Shown piece by piece: positions 38,051 through 49,332 of a stretch of 64,000 bases of DNA. Numbering within the stretch: the first letter of the stretch is position 1; every line of letters starts with the position of its first letter. Position numbers and translations under genes: made by a program. Origin of the DNA: an uncultured Chthonomonadaceae bacterium. GTDB lineage: Bacteria; Armatimonadota; Chthonomonadetes; Chthonomonadales; Chthonomonadaceae. The DNA is taken from the NCBI GenBank assembly GCA_963835065.1, contig CAWIEK010000060.1, forward strand, positions 1 through 64,000, read 5' to 3'. A model generated the notes under the pieces. The model ran no database searches, was not told where the DNA came from, and was given only the letters and a program-made list of their open reading frames with translations.

Positions 38051-40777
38051 ATGCCGATTCGCAATTCTGCCGCATGGCTTTTCGGGGCGGGCATTGCCGC
38101 GTTCGGACTGGGCGCGGCGGCGACCCTGCCCCGCTTGCTGGACGCCCACATTACGCACCCGCACACCGGGCAGCCGCTCACGGTTCCGGGCAAGGATAAC
38201 GACGCGACCCTGCTTTTCAACGGCTGGAAAATTACGCCCGCAGGCCGTCCGGCAATTCCTACAGGAGATATGCTGCTCGGCGGAGCCATCAGCCCTGACG
38301 GCAAGCTGCTTGCCATTTGCAACGCGGGCTATGCCAAACACGCGCTGCACATCGTGGACATTGCGGCGGAAAAAGAGGTTGCCAACCTGCCCATTCCGCA
38401 CACGTGGAACGGAATCGCGTGGTCGGCGGACGGCAGTAAAATCTATGTCGGCGGCGGCGTTTCCACTGCGGGAAACGACATTTACACGTTTGAAAAGGGT
38501 GACGCGCAAACCGGCAAGTGGGGCGAAGGCAAAATCCTCAAATTGACCGGAAACGACGCGAAAACTACCTGCGTTGCCGGCCTTGCCCTTTCCCCGGACG
38601 GCAAAACCTTGTACGCGCTCAACAACTCCGACAACAAATTGTACATTCTGGACGCCATTGCGGGCGCTGCAATAGCCACTGTTGAGGTCGGCGATCATCC
38701 TTATGCCTGTCAGTTGGTGGCAAACGGAACCATCCTGTCGGTTTCCTGTCTGGGGGGCAAATCGGGCGTGGCGGTAGATGTTCACGATCCGCAAAACCCG
38801 CGCATCGCCGGCAAAGTGGAAACCGGCGAGCATCCCAATGAGTTCGCGTTTTCCAACGATGGGCGCATCTTCGTGTCGTGCGGCAATGCCGATGCCGTTT
38901 ACGCCTTCAGCCTTACAGACGGCAAGCTGTCGGAGAAGATCCGCACGACCCTTCTGCCCAACGATCCCACCGGCAGCACACCCGTCGCCGTCGCGCTTGC
39001 CCCGGACAGCAAAATCCTGTACGTCGCCAACGCCGACAACAACGACGTGTGCGTGATTGACGTGTCCAAACCCGGCGCAAGCCATGTCAAGGGCTTTATT
39101 CCGACCGGCTGGTATCCCACGTCCCTGCACATCAGCCCGGACGGCAAGAAACTCATCGTCGGCAGCGGCAAGGGCGTCGGCTCCCATCCCAACCCCGGCA
39201 CGGTCAAGCCCGCCGACCCGGTTGCGCCCGCCGATTACAAGTTCCAGTACATCGGGGCGCAGTTGAACGGCTTCCTCAGTTTCGTGGACGTGCCCGATGA
39301 CGCCCAACTCGCCAAATACTCGCAGCAGGTGTACGCGAATACGCCCGGCGTGGTTCAAAAGTCGGCGGCGGCGCAACTCATGGAAACAACCGCCGTGCCT
39401 CTGACAGTGGGCCAGCCTTCCCCCATCAAGCACATCCTGTACATCATCAAGGAAAACCGCACCTACGACCAAGTGTTCGGCGACATTGCCAAAGGCAACG
39501 GCGACCCCAATTTAACCCTGTTCGGGCGCGACGTGACGCCCAACCACCACGCCCTTGCCGAGCAGTTCGTTTTGCTGGACAATTTCTATTGCAACGGCGA
39601 AGTATCGGTAGACGGCCATCAATGGTGCGACGCGGGGATCGTGACGGAGTTTGTGCAGCGGGCGTGGGTGTATTCCTATTCCGGCAAGGGTACGCTGCGC
39701 GAATCGCCGAGCGTCAGCGAACCGCAATCGGGCTATTTGTGGGACGCCTGCAAAAAGAAGGGCTTGACGTACCGCTCGTATGGCGAGTCGTTCAACGCGC
39801 ACAGCAGCGAGGCCGCGCCGGAACCCGTAGAAGCGGCGACCACAAGCCTGATCGGACACGGCAGCGCGAAGTTTGTGGGCGTCGGCTGGCCGAAAGGCAA
39901 ACCGTTTCGAGACACCGACAAGGCCGATATTTTCCTGTCGGAATGGAAGGACTTCGAGCAGAAGAACGCCCTTCCTAACTTCATGGTAATGTCGCTTGGC
40001 GAAGACCATACGCGCGGCACGACACCGGGCGCGTTCACGCCCAAAGCGGCAGTGGCGTCCAACGATCAGGCGTTGGGCAAAATCGTGGACGGCATTTCCC
40101 ATTCCGCCTCGTGGAAGGACACGGCGATCTTCGTCGTGGAAGACGACGCGCAAAACGGCCCGGATCACGTTGACTCGCACCGGACGGTTGCCCTCGTTAT
40201 CAGCCCCTACACCAAGCGCGGCATTGTGGACAGCACGATGTACTCGCAAGCCTCCATGCTGCGCACGATGGAACTGATACTCGGCCTGAACCCGCTCACG
40301 CAGTACGATGCGTCCGCCCCGCCCATGTTCGCCAGTTTCACCCGCAAAGCCGACATGAAGTCATACACGCTGATTGGCCCGCGCATTGACCTTGCCGCCA
40401 AAAACGGCAACAACGCCATCGGCGCGGCCACGTCCCGCACACTGGACTTTTCCGACTATGACCGCGCGGATGAGAACAAACTGAACCGCGTCCTGTGGGC
40501 CAGCATCAAGGGCGAACACGTTCCGTATCCCGCAACAGTAAGGTCGGTTGTCGGAGTCAGCAAGCGCAGGGAAACGCCTCCAAGTCCAGTGATACGGACT
40601 GAATCACGCGCCGCAATACGCTCTCTGCGATTGCGGCTTTTCTCTCGGGTGTTTTTACCCCGATACCCATCACTTCTCTCTGGCTCCCTGCATAAAATAC
40701 TGTTTTTAAGGCAAAAGGGAGCGAAAGTGGCAGTTTGGCCTAAATCTTGCGCTACTATAAATCTTGACGGCTCTTGA
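38051..40777 (+). CDS. Secreted YVTN/YncE beta-propeller fused to a phosphoesterase (alkaline phosphatase superfamily) domain
   Basis: SPDGK propeller repeats, GFIPTGWYP, IIKENRTYDQVFGD, EDDAQNGPDHVDSHR; true stop probably near 40600. Confidence 0.9.
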   Translation: MPIRNSAAWLFGAGIAAFGLGAAATLPRLLDAHITHPHTGQPLTVPGKDNDATLLFNGWKITPAGRPAIPTGDMLLGGAISPDGKLLAICNAGYAKHALHIVDIAAEKEVANLPIPHTWNGIAWSADGSKIYVGGGVSTAGNDIYTFEKGDAQTGKWGEGKILKLTGNDAKTTCVAGLALSPDGKTLYALNNSDNKLYILDAIAGAAIATVEVGDHPYACQLVANGTILSVSCLGGKSGVAVDVHDPQNPRIAGKVETGEHPNEFAFSNDGRIFVSCGNADAVYAFSLTDGKLSEKIRTTLLPNDPTGSTPVAVALAPDSKILYVANADNNDVCVIDVSKPGASHVKGFIPTGWYPTSLHISPDGKKLIVGSGKGVGSHPNPGTVKPADPVAPADYKFQYIGAQLNGFLSFVDVPDDAQLAKYSQQVYANTPGVVQKSAAAQLMETTAVPLTVGQPSPIKHILYIIKENRTYDQVFGDIAKGNGDPNLTLFGRDVTPNHHALAEQFVLLDNFYCNGEVSVDGHQWCDAGIVTEFVQRAWVYSYSGKGTLRESPSVSEPQSGYLWDACKKKGLTYRSYGESFNAHSSEAAPEPVEAATTSLIGHGSAKFVGVGWPKGKPFRDTDKADIFLSEWKDFEQKNALPNFMVMSLGEDHTRGTTPGAFTPKAAVASNDQALGKIVDGISHSASWKDTAIFVVEDDAQNGPDHVDSHRTVALVISPYTKRGIVDSTMYSQASMLRTMELILGLNPLTQYDASAPPMFASFTRKADMKSYTLIGPRIDLAAKNGNNAIGAATSRTLDFSDYDRADENKLNRVLWASIKGEHVPYPATVRSVVGVSKRRETPPSPVIRTESRAAIRSLRLRLFSRVFLPRYPSLLSGSLHKILFLRQKGAKVAVWPKSCATINLDGS
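40609..40641 (+). terminator. Intrinsic terminator candidate
   Basis: GCCGCAAT...ATTGCGGC followed by TTTT. Confidence 0.55.
40736..40750 (+). promoter_or_regulatory. sigma54 (-24/-12) promoter candidate for the PEP-CTERM gene
   Basis: TGGC-N7-TTGC (GG-N10-GC); PEP-CTERM genes are often preceded by sigma54 sites. Confidence 0.45.
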
Positions 40778-40859
40778 GAACAGCTCCGCTTCGGCTGATA
40801 GCCTCATTGTATCAGCGTTGCCTGCTTAGTCGTAATCCCGACACGATAAAGGAATATAC

Positions 40860-41555
40860 ATGCACAACGCGCGAAAAACGGCTTTCCCCTTCGCCTTACT
40901 AATCGCCGGCACATTGGCAGTAAAGCCTTGCGCCCACGCCCAATCCGTACAACTGTTTAGTCCGTTCCCTGGCGCAACCACGCTAACCTTTCCCTTCCCC
41001 TACACGAATACTTCCTACGCGGCAACAGCAGGAGGCGTCACGCTGACGTTCACCACGCCGGGTATGTACGTCTTCACGGATAACAGGGATTTCGTGAATC
41101 AGATAGATGGCACGGCCTTTGTTTTTTACGATTACTTCAACGGACAAGGACAGATTGATTTCAGCCAGGGGGTAAACGCGGTCGGTTTTACGGCTAAACT
41201 TGACCTTACTGGCGGCGGCGGGTTGGTTCCTGAACACTTTATCTTTACAGCTTTCGATGGCGCGACAGCGCTGGGAACATACACTGTTACTGCTGACAAC
41301 AATCAGGGACCTGGGGCGTTTCTGGGAGTGCAGGCAATCAATGGTAACACCATCACGCGGCTTAACATTACCGGATACAACAACGAATCAGGCCCATTAA
41401 ACGGAAATCCGCCTGGCCCCTTCCCCTTTGTAATTGGCCCCGTCGCCTTCCTTGCCCCCGTTCCTGAACCCGGCAGCATTGCCCTCCTCGCAAGCGCTGG
41501 CACAATCGGAGCCGCCTTCCTGCGCCGCCGGAAACAGGCCGGCAAAGCGGTCTAA
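40860..41555 (+). CDS. PEP-CTERM sorting domain surface protein
   Basis: Signal peptide; C-terminal VPEPGS, TM helix, RRRK. Confidence 0.92.
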   Translation: MHNARKTAFPFALLIAGTLAVKPCAHAQSVQLFSPFPGATTLTFPFPYTNTSYAATAGGVTLTFTTPGMYVFTDNRDFVNQIDGTAFVFYDYFNGQGQIDFSQGVNAVGFTAKLDLTGGGGLVPEHFIFTAFDGATALGTYTVTADNNQGPGAFLGVQAINGNTITRLNITGYNNESGPLNGNPPGPFPFVIGPVAFLAPVPEPGSIALLASAGTIGAAFLRRRKQAGKAV

Positions 41556-41717
41556 TCACCACGCGCTGCGCGTTCATACCTCCACATCAGCCACAATCCG
41601 TATGTGCAGGATTGTGGCTGTTTTGCCTCCCGTTCCCTTTTATTTCCTTTTCTCCCCTTTTCGTTTACTTCGTATGTTTCGCGGTTCCTAATCTTCTCTT
41701 CTTCTCTTCTTCTTTTC

Positions 41718-44442
41718 TTACCTTCGGATGGTGAGCAGGACAGGCGGCGCGGCATTAGAGATGCCGCCTTCGGCCTGCGCTTGCAGGAGCAGGGGGCGGG
41801 TTTGGGGCTGCACCCAGGGTTCGCAGTGCAGCACGATCTGGCGCGTGGTTTCCGCTTCGGGCACGAGGATTCCGTTCAGGCCGATGTTTTGAACGCGGAC
41901 GCCGAAGGGCAGGTTGCGGATGTCAATCGGGACGCGCTTGTTGTAGCCGTTCTGCCGCGTGACGGTCAGTTCCAACGTGGCGTCGCTGCCCGGGTGCAGA
42001 ACCAACTCGCGGACATTGGAAACAACGCGCAGGCTTGGGTTGGGAACGAGGGTAATCCGGCGCGCGGGGTCGGGTTCCAGGGCGCGGGTCACGGTTTTGC
42101 CGCCGATTTGCGCTTCGGCCACAAGGCGAATCAGATTGCGGCGCGGTTGAAACGGCTGCGCCGGGGGAAGCGGAAATCAGCAGGGAAGCGCTTGTTTCTC
42201 CCGCTTCAATGGTCGTGCTTGTCGCGCTGAAACCGGGCGGCAAGCCTTCCAGCCGCATGGTAATCGGGCCGTCGAAACCGTCGTAACGCTCGCACTCCAC
42301 ATTAACGGGAAGCGCCCCCTCGTGGGGCACGGCAAAGGCGGGCGGGCTGAGGCTGAGTTTGAAGTCGGGGCGGGGCGCGTGGAGCGTCAGGCGGTATTTG
42401 TAATCCGGCCCGGCCTGACCTCGCGCATCCGATACGCGAACGAGGTAATCCCCGGTGGCGGGCGGGGTAAATTCCAGATAGCTGTCCTTGCCGTACAAAG
42501 GCCCGCCGTCATCGTTTTCATAAAACACGCGCATGACGGGCAGGCCGTTGGACGTGAACCGGGTTCCCGCCGGGTACGCCTGCACCTTGTACACCGATGC
42601 GCCGATGCTGTGAAATTCCGGCGTCGTGCCGAAATACGCAAGCCGCTGGCCGCGAAAAGCGCGCAATTGCGTATCATCATCGGGGCCTTTGGGCATGGCG
42701 ACAATGCGGGTCACTTCGCGGCCAATCAGCAGATAATCGTTCAAGCCGATTTCGTTGAAGGTCAGCAGGCGCAGGGCGGGAATGGCCGAGTCCCGTTCCG
42801 CCAGCGTCAGTTCCATTTGCGCGGTTGCCCGCAGCACCGCCCGCTCGACAGGCTTGCCCTGCGCGTCCAGAACCTCAATCTGCGAGTCTAAGGGCGATTT
42901 CATCCGCCGCGCGTTTACTTCCAGGCAAAGCGTTTGCCCCTTATCGGCATGAAAGCGGAACGTATGCGCGGGCGTACTTGTCGTTGCGCCCGCTTTGTCC
43001 AATATTCCCGCAATGGCGCAGGGAACCGGAACGCGCTGCTGTCCCGTTACAGCTTCGGGCGTCTGCGTTACACTGGTATCTACGGACGCAACGCTCATAT
43101 TGGCTGGCGCGACGGTTCCGGCCTGCCCCTGTTTCAACGCCGTATCTACTTCCGGGTTGATGAAATAGATGGCGGCGGATACGGGCGGCTGTGACGAGTT
43201 CAAAGCGTTGAGCGTTGAGCGTTGAGCGTTAAGAATGAAATTGATGGACGTGGACAGGGGCGCTTTACGCAAGACTCGAAGGATTTTGCCCGTGTTCGTG
43301 TCGTAAAGCGTGAGCGCGCCATCGTGGCAGGCAACTGCAAGCGTGTGGTCATCCGGGCTGATTGCCAATCCCTGCGGCCAATCGGTTTGCGCTGGAAACA
43401 TGCGCTGTTCCGCAAGCGTGTTTGCGTCCCACTGCTTGACGGTTTTATCCTCGCTCGCCGTGTACAACTTCTTGCCGTCCCGGCTGTAAACCACGCGCAA
43501 AACCGCCCCGTTGTGCGCAATCGCCGCACGCGCCAACGTGCCCCCACTTGCGGTCACATTCCACACGCGCAGGCTCTTGTCCGCGCCCGCCGCCGCAATC
43601 TGCCGCCCGCCCGGATGAAACGCAACGCTGTATAATTCCGCCGTTGAATCGTTGAGCGTGTACAGCCGCCTGCCCGTAAGCGCGTCCCACACCTTTACGG
43701 TACGGTCGCCCGCCGCGGAAGCCAGCCATTTCCCGTCTGGGCTGAACGCCACGCCATACACCGCGTCGGTATGGTCGCGGAGGAAGGAGGGGGAAGACAA
43801 GGATGAAGGATGAAGGATGAAGGATGAATCCTCTCCTTTTCTCCTTTTCTCCTTTTCTCCTTTTCTTCCTTCTGTTCCCTTCCCGACGTTCCACAGAATG
43901 ACGCTGTGATTGTAACAGGCTCCTGCAATCTGAGTGCCGTTGGGACTGTAGGCAAGGCTATACAGCGCGTCGCCCGCTCCCGAAATCGTGGAAATGGCAG
44001 GTGAATCGTGTTGTTTTGCTCCGGCAGGCTGTGCATTGCCACGTATTCGTTCCACCACGCTGCTGATACCGGCGTTGCCATGCGCAATCGCGTACTCCTG
44101 ACCGTTGGGAGAATACGCCAGTGCGGAGCAGACTTGCCCGCCGGACAAGGCGCGCGTTTGCAGCCGAACCCCGGTATGCGCGTCGAACGTTTGCGCCCCG
44201 CCCGCGCCACACGCCACAACACGTCTTCCATCCGGGCTGAACGCAACCGTCGTCAGTGACGCTGACGCGCGTATGGGAGCCGGAACGCCACTCCGCGCCA
44301 ATTCCCGCGTTTTCACTTTCCCTGCGCCCTGTTGTCCCATCGTTGCGGAACAAAGCGACATTGCAAGCGCTGTCCAACTCAGTACGCGAACGGGTACACT
44401 CTTATACAAGCCGGTACATTCCATCAATTTTTTTCCTGCCAC
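41718..44442 (-). CDS. WD40-repeat protein with PPC/Ig-like domains; frameshift near 42150; start uncertain
   Basis: HTDAVYGVAFSPDG...DRTVKVWD repeats; LDSQIEVLD, DSYLEFTPPATGDYLVRVSD; in-frame repeat inserts. Confidence 0.82.
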
Positions 44443-44453
44443 GAGGTTCTAAA

Positions 44454-46241
44454 ATGCGTTTTCAACGACAATCCTGCATATTCATTTTGTTTGCCTGCTT
44501 TGGCGTGCTGTTGAGTTCCTGTCCGGGGCGAGCGGACGTGATGATGCAAGGCTTCTATTGGGATGTGCCCTCGCCGCAGACCGGACAGGCCAATGCGCCC
44601 TGGTGGTGGGACCATCTGGCGGAACAGGCGCGGGATTTGCGGATGGCGGGCTTCACGTCGCTGTGGATTCCGCCTGTTATCAAGGGCGCGAACGCGCGCT
44701 ACTCCGTCGGCTACGACCCGTTTGATGATTATGACATTGGGAGTAAAAATCAACACGGGTATGTCTCCTCGCGCTATGGAACGCGGGAACAGTTGGAGCG
44801 CTGCATGGCCGTGCTGCGCGCCAATGGCCTGAGCGTAATCGTAGACCTTGTGGAAAACCACCGCGACGGCGACACCAACCTGTTCTTCCACTACAAAAAC
44901 GCATTGGGACAGCCGGACGGCGGGCGCTTCGCCAAAACGCCGGATGATTTTCATCACGAAGGCATTGCGCAGGACCCCGATGTACCCGAAGAAACCGGCA
45001 AGCAGATCGGCATGTTCGGCCCCGACATCGCCCACGTCAACGGCAAGAACAAGCATATGTTCAACGGCCTGATTGACGCGGGGGACTGGCTGACGCGCGC
45101 TCTGGACGCGCAGGGTTATCGGCTGGATTACGTGAAAGGTATTTCTACGGATTGGCTATTGCCGTTCCTCAACGCCAAAGCCATGCGCGGCAAATTCGCG
45201 GTAGGCGAGTTTTACGACGGCAATCTGGACAAAGTGACGCATTGGGTCAGTGACAGCATGAAGGGACGGGCAAGCGCGTTCGATTTTCCATTGCGCGGCC
45301 TGCTCAAGCAAATGTGCGACCAGAATGGCGCGTTCGATATGCGCCGATTGGATCACGCCGGGCTTGCCGGACGAGACGCGCCCCACGCCGTTACCTTTGT
45401 GGAAAACCACGACACCGACCACGAGCAGGGCAATCAAATCATTCGCGGCAAAATGCTGGCCTACGCTTACATTCTGACAAGCGAGGGACTGCCCACCGTA
45501 TTCTACCGCGATTACAGCATGGATGCAGGCTGCTACCGCCTCAAGCCCCTGCTCGACAAACTGATTGCCGTCCATGAAACATTCGCGTCCGGCGTAACGC
45601 AGCAGCGCTGGAAAGATGAGGATGTGTTTGCTTACGAGCGCATGGGCGGATCGCACCTGCTGACCGCGCTCAACGACAATCCCAACGCGCCGCGCAAGAT
45701 TACCGTAGATACGGGCTTCGCTCCCAATCAATTACTGCATGATTATGCCGATCACGCGCCCGACGTTCGCGCCGATGCGCGGGGCAAAGTGACGCTTACA
45801 GTTCCCGCCAATCAGGATGGAAGCGGCTACGTCTGCTACGCCCCCGCTGTCCGCTACCGCCGCTCTGCTCCCCGTTCCTACAGCGTGACGCAGGATTACG
45901 AGGGCGCGATGGATTTAGATATTCCTCCCGCAGACACAGCCCACGCCGTCACCATCTGCCGTATCTGGGCCGCGAAGGGCAAGCCTATTCGCGCCGCCCT
46001 GTCCTTCGATACAACAGGAAGCGCGTCTGAAACGCGCCTGTCCCTGCAAGTGCAAGGCCCCGACAACGCCCTGCCCCTTGTATGCAGCTACACCCCCGCC
46101 ACATCGGGAACCGCGTGGAATGTGGTTGCCGCGTCAACCGGCTGGCACACGTTCACCGTTTCCGCATCCGACACCGCTCCTGCCAATCCCCACCCCTCCT
46201 ACCGCCTCCGCGTCACCTACACCGCGCCGCCGACGCTTTAG
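44454..46241 (+). CDS. Secreted alpha-amylase (GH13)
   Basis: MMQGFYWD, GYDPFDDYD, DLVENH, GYRLDYVKG, VGEF, FVENHDTD. Confidence 0.92.
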   Translation: MRFQRQSCIFILFACFGVLLSSCPGRADVMMQGFYWDVPSPQTGQANAPWWWDHLAEQARDLRMAGFTSLWIPPVIKGANARYSVGYDPFDDYDIGSKNQHGYVSSRYGTREQLERCMAVLRANGLSVIVDLVENHRDGDTNLFFHYKNALGQPDGGRFAKTPDDFHHEGIAQDPDVPEETGKQIGMFGPDIAHVNGKNKHMFNGLIDAGDWLTRALDAQGYRLDYVKGISTDWLLPFLNAKAMRGKFAVGEFYDGNLDKVTHWVSDSMKGRASAFDFPLRGLLKQMCDQNGAFDMRRLDHAGLAGRDAPHAVTFVENHDTDHEQGNQIIRGKMLAYAYILTSEGLPTVFYRDYSMDAGCYRLKPLLDKLIAVHETFASGVTQQRWKDEDVFAYERMGGSHLLTALNDNPNAPRKITVDTGFAPNQLLHDYADHAPDVRADARGKVTLTVPANQDGSGYVCYAPAVRYRRSAPRSYSVTQDYEGAMDLDIPPADTAHAVTICRIWAAKGKPIRAALSFDTTGSASETRLSLQVQGPDNALPLVCSYTPATSGTAWNVVAASTGWHTFTVSASDTAPANPHPSYRLRVTYTAPPTL

Positions 46242-46393
46242 GGAAGACAGGGAGAGGAGGAGAAGAGGAGAGAGGGAGACAACAACGCGAAGACACACAA
46301 AAACGGCAGGGAAAGGAGCAGAAAGGCATGACAGAAAAACCACAGGAAGCCGTTGCCTCTTTTTGAGAAGTGTACAACATTGCGCTGCTGATT

Positions 46394-46433
46394 TGCAAGG
46401 GGAGGGCGTCAAGGCATTGACGCCCTCCCCTGC
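46394..46433. terminator. Strong hairpin between convergent genes
   Basis: GGGGAGGGCGTCAA-GGCA-TTGACGCCCTCCCC. Confidence 0.6.
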
Positions 46434-46461
46434 TTTGTTACCGTTCTGCCTTGACAGGGTA

Positions 46462-48213
46462 CTAAATCCCCTTGACAATCACGGGTTTTTGGCCCCAGTA
46501 CACATCTATCCAGCCGTAGATCGGGAAGGGCTGGCTGTTGTCAAGCGAGCCGATGGATACGCCGGGATGAAGCGCCGACAACTCGGACGTGGTGATGTGG
46601 CTGTCCGTAGCGCTTTGCGGATGCGGCGGGTCGTAACTGTCCGTCAGCATCGAGCGCAAGAGCGCAATATCCGCGCCGGGGTCCACAATCGCTGCCAGGC
46701 CTCTGATGGCATCCACTTCCCAGGGGGATATTCCCCCCTGCGCCGCTAAATCCGTGATATTGAGTTCCCTGTCATGGCGCGGCGGCAGCGGCGGCGGCTG
46801 ATACGCGCCGCCATCCAGGGTGATCGTGACCTGAACAGCGTTATTGCCCACCGGACTCAAGGAAATGGAAACGCCGGTTCGGACAGTGAAGTGATACTGC
46901 ACGAACACTTCCGAGAGCGCCGTTATTCCGCCAAGGGGTCCCGATTGAGCCGGGGGGCGCAGCACGTAGGTCATCGTGTGGATGCCCGCGCTGAAAGGCC
47001 GGGGCATGATGTTCGGATGCGCTTCAATCCGAAGGGAGCCAAGAAACGGAATGGGAATTGCCGCCTTTTCGAGTTCGTTTTTCAGGTGCTTACGGAGGGG
47101 GTATTGATCCACCGTGAATGTCTGGGCGACCAGATACGGGCGTCCAATTAGAGTCGAGTGCGTCTTCTTGTCCGGCGTAATCGCCGCTCTTGCCAGCAGC
47201 AGCGGCGGGTGAATTTCCGCGTGGAAATCCTCGTGGCCGCAGTCTATAATCCAGCGCCCCAGAACCGCGATGCGGTCGCCGTCGGCAGGCTGATAAGCGG
47301 GAGGAATGAACGCGGCATCCCATTCGATTCCCATCACGCCCGCAGGAACAGCAAGATGTAAATCATTGCTGGCGTGGATGGCCGCTGCGCCATAATCCTC
47401 CGCGCCGGAACCGCCCTTATTGGACGGAGCCAGCAGGGATTGGTATGGCGGGTCGGGGGCGACGTAACACTCCCAATCATTGCCGAACGGATGCGAAAAC
47501 GGCAGGTCGTTCCCGGATAATTGCGGCAGCAGCGTCGTGCCTGTCAGTCCCACAAGCGGGCTGTCAAAATCCACCATGCGCGCAGCCGAGGTATCCGTCA
47601 CCTGCGTCCATTCGTAGGGTGGCGAGTCATTTGCCAGAAACCGATTGTTCAGGCAGACGTTGTTGGCCCACTCCGGCGAATTGGAATGGGTGGGATTGGC
47701 AAAGCTGGCCGTCAGGATGTATTCCGGCGCGACCACAACGGCGGGAGCGTTTGGCGAAACCACCGACAGGCTGACCCAGGCGGCTCCCTGTCCCTTGCAC
47801 TGGTCGCCCGTGCCATCGTCGTGCGCCGTGTAACCGTTGTCGCCGTAGCCATCATCCTCGTAGCCAAGGGCCAGGGTAAGGTTCGCGGGGTTAGCGTTGG
47901 TTGGAATCGTTACCGTGTGGTTGATGACGGTGTTGATCCGCACCAGGCTGGAATGGACGCCGGGAATTTGTATCAATCCGTGATACAGCCGATCCGCGTT
48001 CGGCCCCTGCGGATCAACGTAGCGCTTCCATGTTTTGCCGTGCCCGCCGGTCTGAACGCATCCGCCCGCCGTAATCGTGATCTGGTCGCCGGGCAGAAAA
48101 CGGATGGAGGGATACTCCGTTCGCGCCTGCTTGACGTTCGGGCTGTCAATGCGCCACACTTTTGTATGGGGAGGGATTATTTGATCTGAAATTATGTCGA
48201 ATGTTTCCGCCAT
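46462..48213 (-). CDS. Uncharacterised 583 aa beta-rich protein
   Basis: AAGGAG RBS; possible lectin-like N-terminal domain (GDQITITAGG...YGDN); GRWIIDCGH..EIHPP motif. Confidence 0.75.
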   Translation of the reverse strand: MAETFDIISDQIIPPHTKVWRIDSPNVKQARTEYPSIRFLPGDQITITAGGCVQTGGHGKTWKRYVDPQGPNADRLYHGLIQIPGVHSSLVRINTVINHTVTIPTNANPANLTLALGYEDDGYGDNGYTAHDDGTGDQCKGQGAAWVSLSVVSPNAPAVVVAPEYILTASFANPTHSNSPEWANNVCLNNRFLANDSPPYEWTQVTDTSAARMVDFDSPLVGLTGTTLLPQLSGNDLPFSHPFGNDWECYVAPDPPYQSLLAPSNKGGSGAEDYGAAAIHASNDLHLAVPAGVMGIEWDAAFIPPAYQPADGDRIAVLGRWIIDCGHEDFHAEIHPPLLLARAAITPDKKTHSTLIGRPYLVAQTFTVDQYPLRKHLKNELEKAAIPIPFLGSLRIEAHPNIMPRPFSAGIHTMTYVLRPPAQSGPLGGITALSEVFVQYHFTVRTGVSISLSPVGNNAVQVTITLDGGAYQPPPLPPRHDRELNITDLAAQGGISPWEVDAIRGLAAIVDPGADIALLRSMLTDSYDPPHPQSATDSHITTSELSALHPGVSIGSLDNSQPFPIYGWIDVYWGQKPVIVKGI

Positions 48214-48321
48214 GTCACTTCTCCTTTTCCTTCTTCAATAAACGCCAAAGGCGACGGGTCGAATTGACCGAAACCGGCTTTGCGCTGCGCCACAACTCTC
48301 ATAGATGCTGCACTGCTGCCG

Positions 48322-49287
48322 TTATTGCCGGGATGGGTGCGCGTTTGCTTCAACGACGCGAAAACTTTCCAGCGGCGTCGCTTCCTCTGCCCGGCAGTTC
48401 TGCCGAAAACTGCGCTCCGGGCGCGTTTCATGGCAGACCGTAAGGGTGTGCCGTAACCCGCGCTCCGTTTCCTCGAATTCTACGCGGCTTACCTCCTCTC
48501 CACTTCGCTCCATGCCAACCAGCGTCAGCGCGTCGAGTTGGTTTTCCCGCAATCGCCGCCGCAGAAACGCTTCCGCCGCCTGAACCGCTTTCGGATAGCA
48601 GGTTCGCCCGCGCAATCGTTCCGTCAGAATCTCGTTTCGCCGGTACGCTTCTATGAGGCCGCGCCCCTCGCCGCTTTGAAGGCGTCCGTAACAAAGGCCA
48701 TGCGGGAAACAAAGCGCGTTGGGCGCGAAGCGGTCGCCGCCGATGTGCGAACATTGCCAGACTTCTGCGGGCGCAAACGCCGCCATCTCTTTGTAGATGG
48801 GAAAGCCGAACTTGGCGCAGCATAAATCGCGCTTGCCGTTCAAACACACCAGGAACAGTCGTTCATGCGTTCTGAACTCGTGGCAGGCCGCGCTGTCGCC
48901 GACAAGAGCAGGCAGGTCGAGCGGCAGCAGGTCTTCGTAACCGTCAAGGTGAAAAACGTACATGCGCGGATGCTGCGCGTGATTGATAACCACATAAACG
49001 CGGCGCGTACCGGAGTGACGTTTGTTCTGCTTGATGAACTGCAGGCGAAAGCGCGGCAGACACGCGCTCTGCTCTTGCAGCCACGCATTGACCGCAGCCG
49101 ACAGCAGATTGTCCGCCTGTATTTTGGCGCTCCAGGGCTGAGTGTATTCCAGAAGCAGCCAGACATCCACGCGATTGGCCGTGCCTGCCAGCGGTTCTCC
49201 CTGCGCCAATGAGAGCAGGGAACAAAAGCGGGTGTCTGTTGGCAATGAATTTGCGTCCGAAAAGGAATTTGCGTCCGAATGTGTCAC
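48322..49287 (-). CDS. Sucrase/ferredoxin-like (thioredoxin-like 2Fe-2S) protein
   Basis: WLLLEY..PW, VCLNGKRDLCCAKFG, WQCSHIGGDRFAPN, YGRL. Confidence 0.88.
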   Translation of the reverse strand: MTHSDANSFSDANSLPTDTRFCSLLSLAQGEPLAGTANRVDVWLLLEYTQPWSAKIQADNLLSAAVNAWLQEQSACLPRFRLQFIKQNKRHSGTRRVYVVINHAQHPRMYVFHLDGYEDLLPLDLPALVGDSAACHEFRTHERLFLVCLNGKRDLCCAKFGFPIYKEMAAFAPAEVWQCSHIGGDRFAPNALCFPHGLCYGRLQSGEGRGLIEAYRRNEILTERLRGRTCYPKAVQAAEAFLRRRLRENQLDALTLVGMERSGEEVSRVEFEETERGLRHTLTVCHETRPERSFRQNCRAEEATPLESFRVVEANAHPSRQ

Positions 49288-49332
49288 GACAACTCCCCGC
49301 CAGGGCGTTTTTACACAGTGGCATAAGGCTAA

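Noticed and set aside
40600..40777. C-terminal extension of the phosphoesterase as a real domain
   Set aside because: It runs through a terminator-like hairpin and the next gene's promoter region, so it is probably read-through caused by an indel.
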